A stretch of DNA of 64,000 nt from the human T2T-CHM13v2.0 reference genome, Homo sapiens. Location of the stretch: assembly GCF_009914755.1 (NCBI RefSeq), contig NC_060940.1. One strand, given 5' to 3'. This document shows positions 21,514-41,072 of the stretch, one piece after another (the first letter of the stretch is position 1; each line of letters starts with the position of its first letter). The translations under genes and the position numbers were made by a program. A model generated the notes under the pieces. The model was not told the origin of the DNA. It saw only the letters and a program-made list of their open reading frames with translations, and made no database searches.

Positions 21514-22984
21514 TCAAAAAAGAAAAAGAAAGAAAAAGAGAGAGTGGGAAGGTCCTTCCAGGGCTCAGTCCACTCAGGGACAATGGTATGTAATGTCTGG
21601 GGGTGCTGCAGAGGAATATTCTTTGAAGGTACAGGATTGTTGGGCGCAGTGGTTCACACCTATGATCCCAGTACTTTGGGAGACCAAGGAGGGCAGATTG
21701 CTCACACTCAGGAGTTCAAGACCAACCTAGGCAACACAGTGAGACCCTGTTTCTACCAAAAATACAAAAAATTAGCAGGGCATGGTGGCACATGCCTGTA
21801 GTCCCAGCTACTCGGCAGGCTGAGGCAGGAGAATCACTTGAACCTGGGAGGTGGAGGGAGGTTGTAGTGAGCCAAGGTGGTGCCATTGCACTCCAGCCTG
21901 GGTGACAGAGGGAGAACCCATCTCAAAAAAAAAAAAAAAAAAAAAAAAAGGAAACAGGATTGATGGAGACGGAGGTTCTCACCATCCCCTAAAAGGAGAA
22001 TGAATGAGTCAACATATGCCTGTCTAAATAGCCATCAACCATTTACTGAGCACCTACTATATACCACATCTGTGTCAGAGGCTGGAGATAAAGAAATCAA
22101 TGATAGCTCCTGCCCTTAAAGAACTTAAATCAGAGGGGGAGACAAGTACATTAAAACACGTCGTAAGAACAGAGAATGATAGGAACAAGGAAGGGAAGGC
22201 CCTAACCCACATTGGGGGTGGTCAGGGAAACCTCCAGGTGGGGAGGTATTCCCTGCACTGAGTCTTAAAGGACAACAAGGTGTTAACCAGCTCAAGACAA
22301 AGCAGGGACATGGGCAGAAAAACAGGACACGGGGTCCGTGGGGGTGAACTATAAGCAGCTTGGTATAAGCGGCTCCATCGGACCGAAATGGAGAAGCAAA
22401 GCAAGGGTTAGAGGTAAGCGGGGCCCAGGAGCAACATCCAGCCTGGTGGGGCTGGGAGTGGGGGGCTGCCTGCCTGGACACCCCTCTTCCCCATTCCATC
22501 ACCCAGGACCCTCCCACCCATCCTGCAAACACCAGCTGCAAGTGCCTTGAGTCCGGGGAACCCCCTTTCTCCTCTTCAGTCCCAGCACAGGCCTTGGTAT
22601 AGAATAGGTGCTAACTAAATGCTTGCTAAATGCATGCCAGGGGAATAAATTAATGATACAGCTTCCTGGGAGCAGGGACAGCCTGACTTCACCTCCGTGA
22701 CCTGGGGGCCTTGCACGGCGGCAGTAGGTACTCAGTGGACTACACTGAGCCAGGCCAGGGGCTATTTCCTGTTCAATCAGTGTCCCCTGTCCCCAGGACA
22801 AGCCTCCCAAAGAGAAGAGCCCAGTCTGTGGTCACCTGAACAAAGGTCAATCAAGCCCCACCCTCCTTCAGGCCTCGACTCCATCTCCAGCTCCTCTGGG
22901 GCCATGTCCACTGCCACGCCCCTTTTGAATGTAGGTATCATTTACAGCCCAACCTGTCCTCACTCAAGCCCTTGACCTGGAGGC

Positions 22985-23230
22985 AGTAAAGGGCAGTGGC
23001 TAAGGGCTCAGAACTGGGTATGGGGTACTTGAATTTGAACCTTCACTTTGCTACTTCTTCGCTGTGTGACCCTGGGCAAGTCCCTTAACCTCTCTGAGTC
23101 TCACTTATCCTCATCTACAAAACAGGGAGGCATACGAACAAGCCCTTCATAGATGTGCTGCGAGATAATGCTCGAAAAGCATTTAGCATGGCGGCTGGTA
23201 TGTAGTAGGTGCTCAATCAATGTTATTTAG
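22985..23230 (-). mobile_element. MIR SINE (one of many MIR/L2 relics)
   Basis: gctgtgtgaccctgggcaagtcccttaacctctctgagtctcacttatcctcatctacaaaac core. Confidence 0.8.
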
Positions 23231-23454
23231 TGACTCTTACTATGCTCCCTTCATTTCACGAGAGGGAAGTCTTGCCACCTTAGAGCCTTCAATATGCTGT
23301 TCTCTCCACTTGGAACACTTTTCCCCTCATCTTCCCACAGCTGGTTCCCTCTCCTCTTTTAGAGCTCTGCCTAAATGTTACCTCCTGGACTGTGACCCAC
23401 ACACTACTGTATCTCCTGCACCCCGCACAGTGCCAGGGACAGGGTAGACACTCA

Positions 23455-23712
<258 letters not shown>

Positions 23713-24766
23713 CTAAAAAAAAAAAAAAAAGAAGGAAGGAAGGAAGGAAAGTAAGAAAGAAAGGAAGAAAGAGAGATGAGAGATAGAGAAAAGAAAAGAA
23801 TAAAAGGAATTTTTAAAAAGAAGGAAGAGGCCGGGCATGGTGGCTCACACCTTTAATGCCAGCACTTTGGGAAATCGAGGAGGTCAGATCACTTGAGGTC
23901 AGGAGTTTGAGAACAGCCTGGCTAACATGGCAAAACCCCGTCTTTACTAAAAATACAAAAATTAGCTGGGTGTGGTGGCGCATGCCTGTAATCCCAGCTA
24001 CTCAGGAGTCTGAGGCAGGAGAGTCACCTGAACCAAGGAGGCAGAGGTTATGTGAGCCGAGATCATGCCACCACACTCCAGCCTGGGTGACAAAGTGAGA
24101 CTGTCTCAAAGAAAAAAAAAAAAAGAATAAAATGAATTTTTAAAAAGAAGGAAGGACCACACTGCCTTTTCAACTCCATCACTAGCTTCTGAAAGAGGAA
24201 TATGACTTCCATCCTCTTTGTTTGGGACATCTCTCCCAGTGCCGTGCACACAACAAGCACTTAATCCATACTTCCAGGTAGATCTGAATCTCTGCTGAGT
24301 TCTGTAAAAGCTTTCTAAGCAAGCCAGGGTATGACGATGGAGTGAAGGTAAGACTGGTGCAGGCAGCCGCACATCTCACGGCAGGGTCGTGGGGCTTCAG
24401 CATCGGGCTCTTCCTCCCACATTATTCAGCCACTTCTCCTTCACCTCGACCCAGCCCAACCATAGTTGGCTGTGTTTCTGCCTCTCTGGCCCCACGAGCC
24501 CCTCTCCAGCTGGTTAAATTCAGAGGTTTCAACATCCCAGCCTCCTGTGTCCCAGCCGGCATCTCATGGGCCCTGTGCCACCAGCAAGTCCCAGCTGCAG
24601 GCCCAGGATTTCCCTCTTGTGACCGTATTAGGAAGCAGCTCCAGTTTTTCTCTGACGCTTTATATGGTCAGCCACAGAGCCCTGAGCAGGGGGTGCTCCC
24701 GGGGCCTGCAGCAGAAATGAGGAACAGGGAGGGAAGGGAGGGAAGTGGAAGGAACACTGGCTTTCA

Positions 24767-25172
<406 letters not shown>

Positions 25173-26390
25173 TCACGGCTTCTTTATGAAGCTGCAGTGC
25201 AATATCACGGCTTTCTAAATACCCAACCTAGAGACAGACGTGGTCCACCAAGCACGTGCTTTTGCTGCAGCCTTGCTTTTAAGAGCAAAAAGACTAGAAA
25301 CAACCTAAATACCTGTCAATAGCAGACAGGCTTAATCATTATGGTTCATCCCTATAGCAGAAGACTGTGCAGTGGCCCTCTCTCTACTACCATGGATGAA
25401 TGGCCAAAATACACAGTTAGATGCAAAGATTGAGACGCACAACAGCCGGGGCCTGTGCTGCCATTTTGGAGGGGTGCAGGAGGGGCTCTCTATGTGGCTG
25501 CATGTGTATAAAACATCACTGGAGGCTGGATGGAGCAGCTCACACCTGTAATTGTAGCACTTTGGGAGGCTGAGGTGGGTGGATCACTTGAGGTCAGGAG
25601 TTCAAGACCAGCCTGGCTAACATGGCAAAAACCCATCTTTACAAAAAATACAAAAATTATCTGGGTGTGGTGATGCACACCTGTAATCCCAGCTACTCAG
25701 GAGGCTGGGGCGGGATGATCGCTTGAATCCAGAAGGCATAGGTTGCAGGAGCCGAGATCGCACCATTGCACTCCAGCCTGGGTGACAGAGTGAGACTTTA
25801 TCACAAAAAAAGCAATAGGCTGGGCACAGTGGCTTAAGCCTGTAATCCCAGCACCTTGGCAGGCCGAGGCAGGTGGATCACCTGAGGTCAGGAGATCGAG
25901 ACCAGCCTGGCCAACATGGCAAAACCCCCTCTCTACTAAAAATACAAAAATCAGCTGGGTGTGGTAGTACACGCCTGTAGTCTCAGCTACTTGGGAGGCT
26001 GAGGGAGGAGAATTGCTTGAACCTGGGAGGGGGCTGTTGCAGTGAGCCAAGATCATGCCACTTCACTCCAGTCTGGGTGAGAGAGTGAGACTCCATCTCG
26101 AAAAATAATATAAATAAATAAATAACATGACTGGAGGGCTACATATGTAACCAGCAACCACAGTGTCTCTAAGAAGGGGAACTGGAAGGGCGAGAAATAG
26201 GAACGAAGGGGGAAGTTCTATATTCCCTTATACACTATTTTATTTCATATTTGCATGTCTTACCTATTCAAAAACATATTTGAAGTCTGACTAGATAGTT
26301 ATGAACAGACAGAAAAAACTATAAGGTAGGGTTAAGTGGAAAAAAAATCATACTGCAAAACATACAAGGAGTGACTTTTTCTTATGTTTG

Positions 26391-26392
<2 letters not shown>

Positions 26393-26426
<34 letters not shown>
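26393..26426. repeat. (GT)17 microsatellite
   Basis: Perfect dinucleotide run. Confidence 0.95.
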
Positions 26427-26428
<2 letters not shown>

Positions 26429-27869
26429 ATACATGAACCTGTGAATCATGTTTGCCTCCAGGGAAGAGGGCTGCTTTTTGTGATACATACTTATTTTTAA
26501 ATATTCTCCTGAGGTCTTTGCATAGATTATCCTTGTATTACTGGAGGAGGTTCTTTGAAGCAATAATGACTTGAAAGATCAGAAGGCTGGGTGCAGTGGC
26601 TCATGCCTGTAATCCCAGCACGTTGGGAGGCGGAGGTGGGAGGATCATCTGAGTTCAGGAGTTCAAGACCAACCTGGCCAACATGGTGAAACCACTTCTC
26701 TACTAAAAATACAAAAATTAGCTGGGCGTGGTGGCATGTGCCTGTAATCCCAGCTACTGGGAGGCTGAGGCACAAGAATCGCTTGAACTCAGGAAATGGA
26801 GGTTGCAGTGAGCCAGGATCACACCACTGCTCTCCAGCCTGCGTGACAGAGCGAGACTCCATGTTAAAAAAAAAAAAAGATCAGAAGGGCTAATGCTTGG
26901 GGCTTGACAAAGGGCAGCTTCCAGTTACAGTGTCTTTCTACCCTCTAGGGACCAGTGCAGTGGCTGGCACCCAGGAGGCCTCTGTTCACAATCTGCTTGT
27001 TCCTTGTGTCCCCGGGTGGACACTGCTTCCAGAGTAGGCTAAGATTGCTGGGCCAGGTCTCTAAGGCGGAAAAATTGTCACCTGCTAAAGTTTGGAAGGA
27101 GGGCTTCTCCTGACCCCCTGGGCATTCCAGAAGCAGAACCAGAACTGGAAAAATGTCCTTTGGGGTTCATGGTTCAGGGACTTGGGCTTGGAGTTCCAAT
27201 GAGCAGGGGGGCCCATCCACCTTGGCTCTGGATCATGATTTTCCCAACCCCAGAGGTTTGGTATAGGGTGGAGGGTCCCACTGTCTACAGAGACAAAGCA
27301 GGTAAGGCATGAGTGAAGCAGGGCGTGTGTGAGTGAACAAAAGAGGTGCCACGGTCAATGGTTACCATGGCCTGGGAGACGACAGGGAGTGGTGAGGTCT
27401 GCGGAAAAGCAGAGCAAAAAGCCCATCTCACAGGGACTGCTACTCGCACTCTGCATTCTGCAGTGTCAGGTCCTCTGCTTTTTCGAGCAATGCCAGAAAC
27501 AGATTTCTTTTTTTGATATATTAAGTTAACTCAATTTAAAAACAAAAATCACTCCTCTGTGTTAGCAGGTTGTAATCATTAGTCTAGCACCTAGTTAGGT
27601 GCTCAAGGAATCATAATAAAAGGTTCAATTCCTTCTTGCTCTGCACTTAAAGCTTGTCTACCTCAAAGCTAACAAGGCCTCTGGCACTGTCCCCTCCTGC
27701 TCCAGCCCACGACCATCACCTCCTGCTCTAAGCCTATTACCCCAAGAGCCCTTTGCTACTAATCATAGGTAGTCACCCTGGCCCTGGACTCACACAGACC
27801 TTGTCTGAATCCCAGCTCTGCCCACCTTCCAGTGGTGGGACTAAGCACATCTGAGCTTCAGCAACCTCA

Positions 27870-27910
<41 letters not shown>

Positions 27911-28225
27911 AGATGTAGTCTCACTCTGTCACCCAGGCTGGAGTGCAGTGGCACAATATCATGCCTGTAATCCTAACACTTTGGGAGGCCGAAGTGGTGA
28001 AGATTGCTTGAGCTCAGGAGTTCGAGATCTGTTTGGGCAATACGGTGTGACCCCACCTCTACCAAAAACACAAAAAAATTAGCTGGGCATCGTGCTACAT
28101 GCCTGTAGTCCCAGCTACTAAGGAGACTGAGATAGGATCCCTTGAGTTCCAGGAGGCAGAGGTTGCAGTGAGCTGAGATCATGCCACTGTACTCCAGCCT
28201 GGGCAACAGAGTAAGACCCCATCTC

Positions 28226-28347
28226 AAAAGAAAGAAAAAGAAAAAAGAAGAAAGAAAAAAGAAGACAGAAAGACAGAGAAAGAAAGGAAGAAAGAGAGAG
28301 GGAGGGAGGGAGGGAGGAAGGAAGGAAGGAAGGAAGGAAGGGAGGAA
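28226..28347. repeat. Purine-rich (GAAA)/(GGGA)/(GGAA) compound repeat grown from an Alu tail
   Basis: About 120 nt that is almost entirely A/G. Similar tracts at 23715-23828 and 38298-38338. Confidence 0.9.
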
Positions 28348-31177
28348 CGAACTAACTAACTCGAGGCAGACGAACTCAGCCAAAAGACAGCATTCAGAAG
28401 ACCAAGGGACCCTTAGGACCAGGCGTCAAAGCCATGCTCCCCGCCAGGTATGCCACAAACGGTCTTCAGCAGTTTAGGTAGACTGCTGGACATTGCTGAG
28501 CCCAGAACCTGCATCTCTAAGATTAGGAGGAAAGCTCCTCTGGCTTCTATAGACTCTTCTAGATCCAAGAGCACAAGAGGTCTGCCAGAACCTTCTCAAG
28601 GGCACATCGTTTGAGGCGAGCCTTGCAGAACGGAGGAGAAAGTTTATCTTCATCACAGAGGGCAAAGTCATGCATGCCAGACCACGGACCTGGTATCACC
28701 TCACTACCCGCCTATTAACAAGACTCATGCATGCTGCTATTATGGGCTGGGAGAGTAAGTTACTGTGCTCCCCCACCCCAACCCCTTTCCTTCTTTATCT
28801 TCTCCGTCATGGACGACGGTTTCTATTAAGCAATTAAACTGACCAGAAAGGAACAAGAGAAGAGCGGGACCATCATCACAAGGCTGAAAGGATTTTAATC
28901 TAATCTGTCCAGAGAAGCATAGCAGGAATTTGAAGCTTTGATTCATTTATTTTTAATCTGCTGTCAGAAGATATTTTGGGTCTCAGGACCTTCATATGCC
29001 CTTTTTTTTTCTGATTTCTATTTGAGGACAGCAGGTGAGATGAATACACAGGCCTGTCCTGAAACTCCCTAGATGGTGATGATACGTCTTAGATGAAAGA
29101 CCTGGGCCCCAAAGAGTCCAATTTTCCCTCTAGCTCCCTACAGACGGGCCTCTTTAGAAATATCCAACATACTGGCTGGGCGTGGTGGTTCAGGCCTGTG
29201 ATCCTAGCACTTTGGGAGGCCGAGGCAAGTGGATCACCTGAGGTCAGGAGTTGGAGACCAGCCTAGCCAACATGGTGAAACCCGTCTCTACTAAAAATAC
29301 AAAAATCAGCCAGGCATGGTGGCACATCCCTGCAATCCCAGCTACTCGGGAGGCTGAAGCAGGAGAATCACTTCAACCCGGGAGGTGGAGGTTGCAATGA
29401 GCCAAGATCGCTCCACTTCACTCCAGCCTGAGCAACAAAAGTGAAATTCCATCTCAAAAAAAAAAAAAAAGAAGAAAGAAAGAAAAAGAAAATGTCCACC
29501 ATACAAACAGCCCCAGATCAATAATTTTTCCATACAAACAGTGCCACAGACAAGAGACTTCCCCTACTTAAGAAAGTAAAGATACATTTTGCAACACTGC
29601 ACCTCAGCTTCCTTCCCTAAAAGGGGCAAACATTTTTAACTCAGGGGATGCTGTGTTAAATAAAATACAATGTGTCAATGTACAGCACTTGGATTGGAGG
29701 ACATATTTAATAGTTACGGCCAGGCACAGTGGCTCACACCCGTAATCCCAGCGCCGTGAAAAGTCAAGGCAGGAGATGGCTTGAGGCCAGGAGTTTGAGA
29801 CCAGCCTGGGCAATATAGTGAGATCCCAGTCTCTACAGAAGTTTTTTTTTTTTTTTTTAATTAGCCAGGTGTGGTGGTGCACACCTGTGGTCCACAGCTA
29901 CTCAGGAGGCTGAGGTGAGAGGATCGTTTGAATCCAGGACTTGGAAGCTGTACTGAGCTACGATAGAACCACTGCACTCCAGCCTCAAAGACAGAGTAAG
30001 CCCCCATCTCAAAAAAAAAAAAAAAAGTTATGAGTTGCTAAGTTGCTCACTCTTACCATTTGGCTCTTTAAAAAGCCACTCTAACTCCTTCTGAAATATC
30101 TATAAGAACAGTGGAAAAATGGCCTATCCCCATGACAGATTCTATACTACCCCTTACAAGGGGTATCTTTGGGGCTTCCTGAGATATATTACACAAGTCA
30201 ACACTGAGCATTTCCAAATGGAAAAAAGAGCAAGTCACTAAACTGTGTGCCCAATAGGCTTTTAAATATGTAAACAGATACCATGCTCACAAAGAGACAA
30301 AGAATGCACCGCATCTCTGGTTAAGGACTAATTTTTCTGTTTTGTGTTCACTATGCTTTCTGAACTCTCCAAGTGTTCCATAGTGAACGTGTCTTAGTTT
30401 CCTAATTAGGAAAAAAATGTGCAGGACATTTTTAGAGATGACAAGGGGCTTTTTGTAATTTTCATTTGGCAAAATGTACAGACCAGAACCAAAGAGACAC
30501 AAGGATGCCAAGTGATGGAAGAAGAACATCTTACTAGTAAAATCAAAAGTGATCATGACCACAGCAAAAACCAATCTAGTAACACTTAACATTTTCAGTG
30601 CCTGCACTTAACATGTAGCAGGAAGTGTATTAAGTGCTTTCTATTTAGAGTAACCCACTCCATGAAGCTGGTACTATTTTTTTTTTTTTTTTTTTTGAAA
30701 CAGACAAGGTCTTGCTCTGTCACCCAGGCTAGAGTGCAGTGGCACAATCATAGCTCACTGCAGCCTTGAACTCCTGGGCTCAAGTGATCCTCCTGCCTCA
30801 GCCTCCCTGAGTAGCTGGGATTATGAGTACGCACCACTGCACCTGGCTAATTTATTTTTGCAGAGATGGGGTCTCGTTGTGTTGCCCAGGCTGGTCTCAA
30901 ACTCCTGGGCTCAAGTGAGCCACCTGCCTCAGTTTCTCAAAGTGCTGGGATTACAGGCATGAGCCACTATGCCCGGCTCCCAAGAGGCTGGCACTATTCT
31001 TGCATCCATTTTACAGAAAAGGAAACAAAGCTTCAGAGGCATGAGGTAACCTGCTCGAGGGTGAGCAAGGCCTTTCAGAGAGAAGACATAGACATAGGCC
31101 GGGTTGGGTGACCTCTGCACATCAGTCTGGCGACCCGTGCCCCACAACATCACACTCCAAGCCCCAATCATCTAGTC

Positions 31178-32027
<850 letters not shown>

Positions 32028-32698
32028 CTCTAGTCCACTCTGTTCTGCAAGTCTACCTAAAATAGTCCTACGACCAACCTGAACATTCCCCTCTGTGACA
32101 AGGAAGGCCTCCCTAAAACCTAGCCACATCCTCATGTCTCCTACCCACCTGGCTGCCAAGACAAACCAGCCTTTCCAAAGTGGTTATGAGCTCTTCTTTA
32201 CTTTCAAGAGGAAGGAAGGACAGAGAACGATGCCAATGAAATCTGTTGAGAGTTTATCATACGTCTTGGCACTTGGCACATGTGATGACATGGGATTGTC
32301 ACACCTCCTGTCTGTAATGAGGGTGATTATTCCCATTTTACGGATAGGAAAACCAAGGCTTCGAGAGAGGAAATAACCTCTTCAAGGGCTGAGATGTGAA
32401 CCCACCTTGGAATGATTCCACCTCATCTTGCAATCTCCCTCGATCAAACCTTCAGCCTCCCATTTCCTTTTTTTTTTTTTTTGAGACAGAGTCTTATTCT
32501 GTCACCCAGGCTGGAGTGCAGTGGTACAGTCTTGGCTCACTGCACCTCCACCTCCTGGATTCAAGCAATTCCTCTGCCCCAGCCTCCCCAGTAGCTGGGA
32601 TTACAGATGCGCACCACCACCCTTGGCTACTTTTTGTATTTTTAGTAGAGACGGCATTTCATCATGTTGGCCAGCGTGGTCTCGAACTTCTGACCTCA

Positions 32699-33262
<564 letters not shown>

Positions 33263-33309
33263 TCACCTTGCCCTGTCTAGGAACTCGGTCTGCAGAGACA
33301 TCCCACCAA

Positions 33310-35860
<2,551 letters not shown>

Positions 35861-37106
35861 ATAAAGTATTTGTCTTCATTTTATATGTTTGTGTGTACAT
35901 TTCTAAAAGTCTAGAAAACTGCATACCAAAATATTATACCAGGGTTCTATCTGGTCAAATACGAGACAGTGTGAATATCAATAAGAAAAATAATTATATG
36001 TCCATCACCCTAACACCCCAAAAAGGGTGGAAAGACAAATATATTTAAATGCATTTGTTCAAAATGATTTTTGTTGTTGTTGTTTGAGATGGAGTCTTGC
36101 TCTGTTGTCTATGCTGGAGTGCAGTGGTGCAATCTTGGCTCACTGCAACCTCTGCCTCTGGGTTCAAGCGATTCTCCTGCCTTAGCTTCCCGAGTAACTA
36201 GGATTACAGGCGTGCACCATCACACCCAGCTAATTTTTGTATTTTTAGTAGAGACGGGGCTTCGCCAAGTTGGCCAGGCTGGTCTCAAACTCCTGACCTC
36301 AAGTGATCCACCAGCCTCGGGCTCTCAAAGTGAAGGGATTACAGGCATGAGCCACTGTGCCCAGCCCCAAATGCATTATTTTTTAAATGGGTACAGAAAG
36401 TGGGGTGGAAATGTGAAAATCTTGATTCTGCGTTTTCTATACAAATTGTTCCTTAGGGTAACTAAATTAAGAAGGGGAAGTCTCTCTTGATGGAAGATTA
36501 GGTCATTAAATGTCCTGTCTACATGGGAAGCCCATGGATGGTAGATTCACGTTATCTGTCGTTATCCAGATGTGTTTATGAGGAGAGGGACAGAGACAAC
36601 ACACTCTATAGGCCTGTCCGGCCCCCCGTTCCTGACTCTCTGACCATAGCTGCAGGGGCTGTCCTGGAAACACTGGCTTACAGCCCCTTCTACCTCTTGC
36701 TGCTGGGCTCCAAAGAACTGAGTTGCTGGCTAAGTGAGGACATATGGCCACCAGGATCTATGCGTGGTTGACATCCCTCCTTCAGCAGGGAATTCACAAC
36801 TCCTTTGAATTCACTGATAATCCCCACGCTTGGGCCCCAAATCCCACAGCGACAGAATAAAGACCCATGTCCCACTCCTGGATCCCTAGAGCTGAGCAGC
36901 CAACTCCTGAAACCCAACCTTTTGGGTGATGCAGATTTTGCAAGACAGAATGGGAGTGGCAGATATTCCAATACCTATTTTTTTCCTTTCAGGGCTGAAA
37001 ATAATAATTAAAAAACTAATTTTAAGAACCTGCTGCTGGGTGCAGTGGCTCATGCCTGTAATCCCAGCACTTTGGGAGGCCAAGGCCGGTGGAACACCTG
37101 AGGTCA

Positions 37107-37424
<318 letters not shown>

Positions 37425-37691
37425 TCACACCTGTAATCCTAGCACTTTGTTGGGGCTGAGGTAGGAGGATTGCTTGAGGTCCGGAGTTCAAGACCAGCTG
37501 GCCAACGTGGCGAAACCTGATCTCTACTAAAAACACAAAAATATTAGCTGGGCTTGGTGGCAGGCACCTGTAATCCTAGCTACTCGGGAGGCTGAGGCAC
37601 GAGAATTGCTTGAACCCAGGAAGCAGAGGTTGCAGTGAGCTGAGATGGTGCCACTGCACTCTGGCCCAGGCAACAGAGCAAGACTTCATCC

Positions 37692-37725
<34 letters not shown>

Positions 37726-38734
37726 GAGAAATGAGGAAATCCCATCTAAATCTGAATAATCACTTCAGATATCCAGAAAGAGAAATAAAGATCTGGTAGA
37801 CAACATGTATTGTCCTAAGTTTAACAATCCTCCTTTCTGCATTTTAAAATTGTTATTGAATTTGGCTTAGCTCATAGTAAGACCAACAGTGTCCTGCCCC
37901 TGACTCCAGTTACCCTATCTTAAAAAAGACTCCCTTCTACATGGAAGAATTCCAGCGAATACATGCAGAACAATAAAACTAGGATGTAACTGTTTATAAA
38001 GCTAATAGTGGGTCTCAAGCTGGGCACGGTGGTTCACACCTGTAATCCCAGCACTTTGAGAGGCCCAGGTGGGCGGACCACCTGAGGTCAAGAGTTTGAG
38101 GCCAGCCTGGTCAACATGGGAAAACCCTGTCTCTACTAAAAAATACAAAAATTAGCTGGGCATAGTGGCATGTGCCTGTAATTCCAGCTACTCAGGAGGC
38201 TGAGGCAGGAGAATTACTTGAACTCCAAAGGTGGAGGTTGCAATGAGCCGAGATCATGCCACTGTACTCCAGCCTGGACAACAGAGCAAGACTTTGCCAA
38301 GGAAGGAAGGAAGGAAAGAAAGAAGAAAGGAAGGAAGAGGCCGGGCACAGTGGCTCACACCTGTAATCCCAGCACTTTGGGAGGCTGAGGCGGGCAGATC
38401 ACGAAGTCAAGAGATCGAGACCATCCTGGCTAACACGGCAAAACCCTGTCTCTACTAAAAAAAAAAAAAAAAATTAGCCGGGCGTGGTGGCGGCCGCGTG
38501 TAGTCCCAGCTACTCTGGAGGCTGAGGCAGGAGAATGGTGTGAACCTGGGAGGCGGAGCTTGCAGTGAGTGGGTGAGTGGAGATGCGCCGCTGCACTCCA
38601 GCCTGGACGACAGAGTGAGACTCCGTCTCAAAAAAAAAAAAAGAAAGAAAGGAAGAAAGAAAGGGTCTTGGCAAGTTGGCAAGTTCTACCAGTAATTGCT
38701 AAAACCATTAGGCCAATGGGGCTCACATTTCCTG

Positions 38735-38845
38735 GTGCATTAGCTTCTGAGTCAGTAGGACTGGGATGGGGCCCAAGAATATGCATTCCTAACCAGCTTC
38801 CGGGTGATGATGATGATGCTGGTCTAGGGTCCCCACCACAAGACT
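38735..38845. mobile_element. MER5A fragment
   Basis: tcagtaggactgggatggggcccaagaatatgcattcctaaccagcttccgggtgatg...gctggtc. Confidence 0.75.
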
Positions 38846-39137
38846 GACTATATCAGATGAAGAGCTCTTGTGGAATTTTTAAGGGATGGGTCCGCCTGCC
38901 ATCACCTAAATCTACTAATTAACCCTAACATCACAAAAAGAGAGAGCTGACTAGACATTATAAACATTACATGCCTGCAGATGGGCCACTACAGGAAGTG
39001 CCGTTACCACTAATGACATATTCTTGCTCAAAAGAAAAGGGGATGGAGATGGGGGATGAAGGTGATGAAGCCTCCAGATCTGACGCCTGTCTATGGAAAA
39101 TGCAAGGCACAGGAGAGCATGCTAAACAATGCAGTAA

Positions 39138-39449
<312 letters not shown>

Positions 39450-40117
39450 TAAAATACAAACAAAAAGGAGGGGAACCCATAGATTAAAAAATAATTGAAA
39501 GAAAAGAGGCTGGCAGTAGCCCACATGTATAATCCCATATTTTGGGAGGCCAAGGCAGGAGGATTGCTTGAGCCCAGGAGTTCGAGACCAGACTGGGCAT
39601 TATAGCAAGACCCCATCCCTTAAAAAAAATATCAGCCAGGCATGATGATGCGTGCTTGTAGTCCCAGCTACTAGGAGGCTGAGGCAGGAGGGTTGCTTGA
39701 GCCCAGGAGTTTGAGGCTGCAGTGAGCTATGATTACATCACTGCACTCCAGCCTGGGTGTCAGGGTGAGACCCTGTCTCAAAAAAGAGAAAGCCACAGAG
39801 AACGAGAACATTTCATAAATATAGGGCATTTTCATTAGCCTAAAAGATCTTTCTGAGCCTAAATAAAGTACAAGTTCATTGGTGCTGGCAACATTTGATT
39901 GGTTGCCTCCTCTTGAGAGGTAAGATAACCTGTAGTCATGTAAAGACACCCAGACTTTGCAATCAGATGCTAATTCAAACGTGACTCTGCCACTGCAGAA
40001 TGCGTGCTTCTGGGTGACTTACGTAGATCTGAGACTCAGATTTACTGTATATTAATACTGGGGACCTAACGGGTGCCCTGCAGAGCTGCCATGAAGTTTA
40101 GATGAAACTCTCTACAC

Positions 40118-40349
40118 CAAGCTTGTCTAACCTGCAGCCCACAGGCTGCATGGGGCCCAGGACGGCTTTGAATGTGGCCCGATACAAATTCATAAACTTT
40201 CTTAAAACAGTATGATATTTTTTCGCGATTTTTTTTTTTTTTTTTTAGCTCATCAGCTATCATTAGTGCTAGTGTATTTTACGTGTGGCCCAAGACAATT
40301 CTTCTTTTTCTGGGGTGGCCCAGGGAAGCCAAAAGATAGGACACCCCTG
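40118..40349. mobile_element. MER30 (hAT-Charlie) MITE
   Basis: caagcttgtctaacc...ggcccagggaagccaaaagataggacacccctg. 8-bp TSD ctctacac/atctacac. Confidence 0.85.
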
Positions 40350-40582
40350 ATCTACACCAAGTACCTTCTGTTTCTATACCCTTTCTCACTTCCGGTGACT
40401 CTAAGCCACTTCGCTCATTCCTAACCAATAGCATTTACTACTGTTGGATGTTTTAATTATGTTTATTTCTGGACAGCCATAGTCACAGAAGTGGCTTGAT
40501 ACGACGCGTCTTCTTTTAATAGTATAACCAAGGTTAGTTTAAACAGGCAGCAAAATAGGAAATGCGGCAAAATATTCAATCA

Positions 40583-41072
<490 letters not shown>

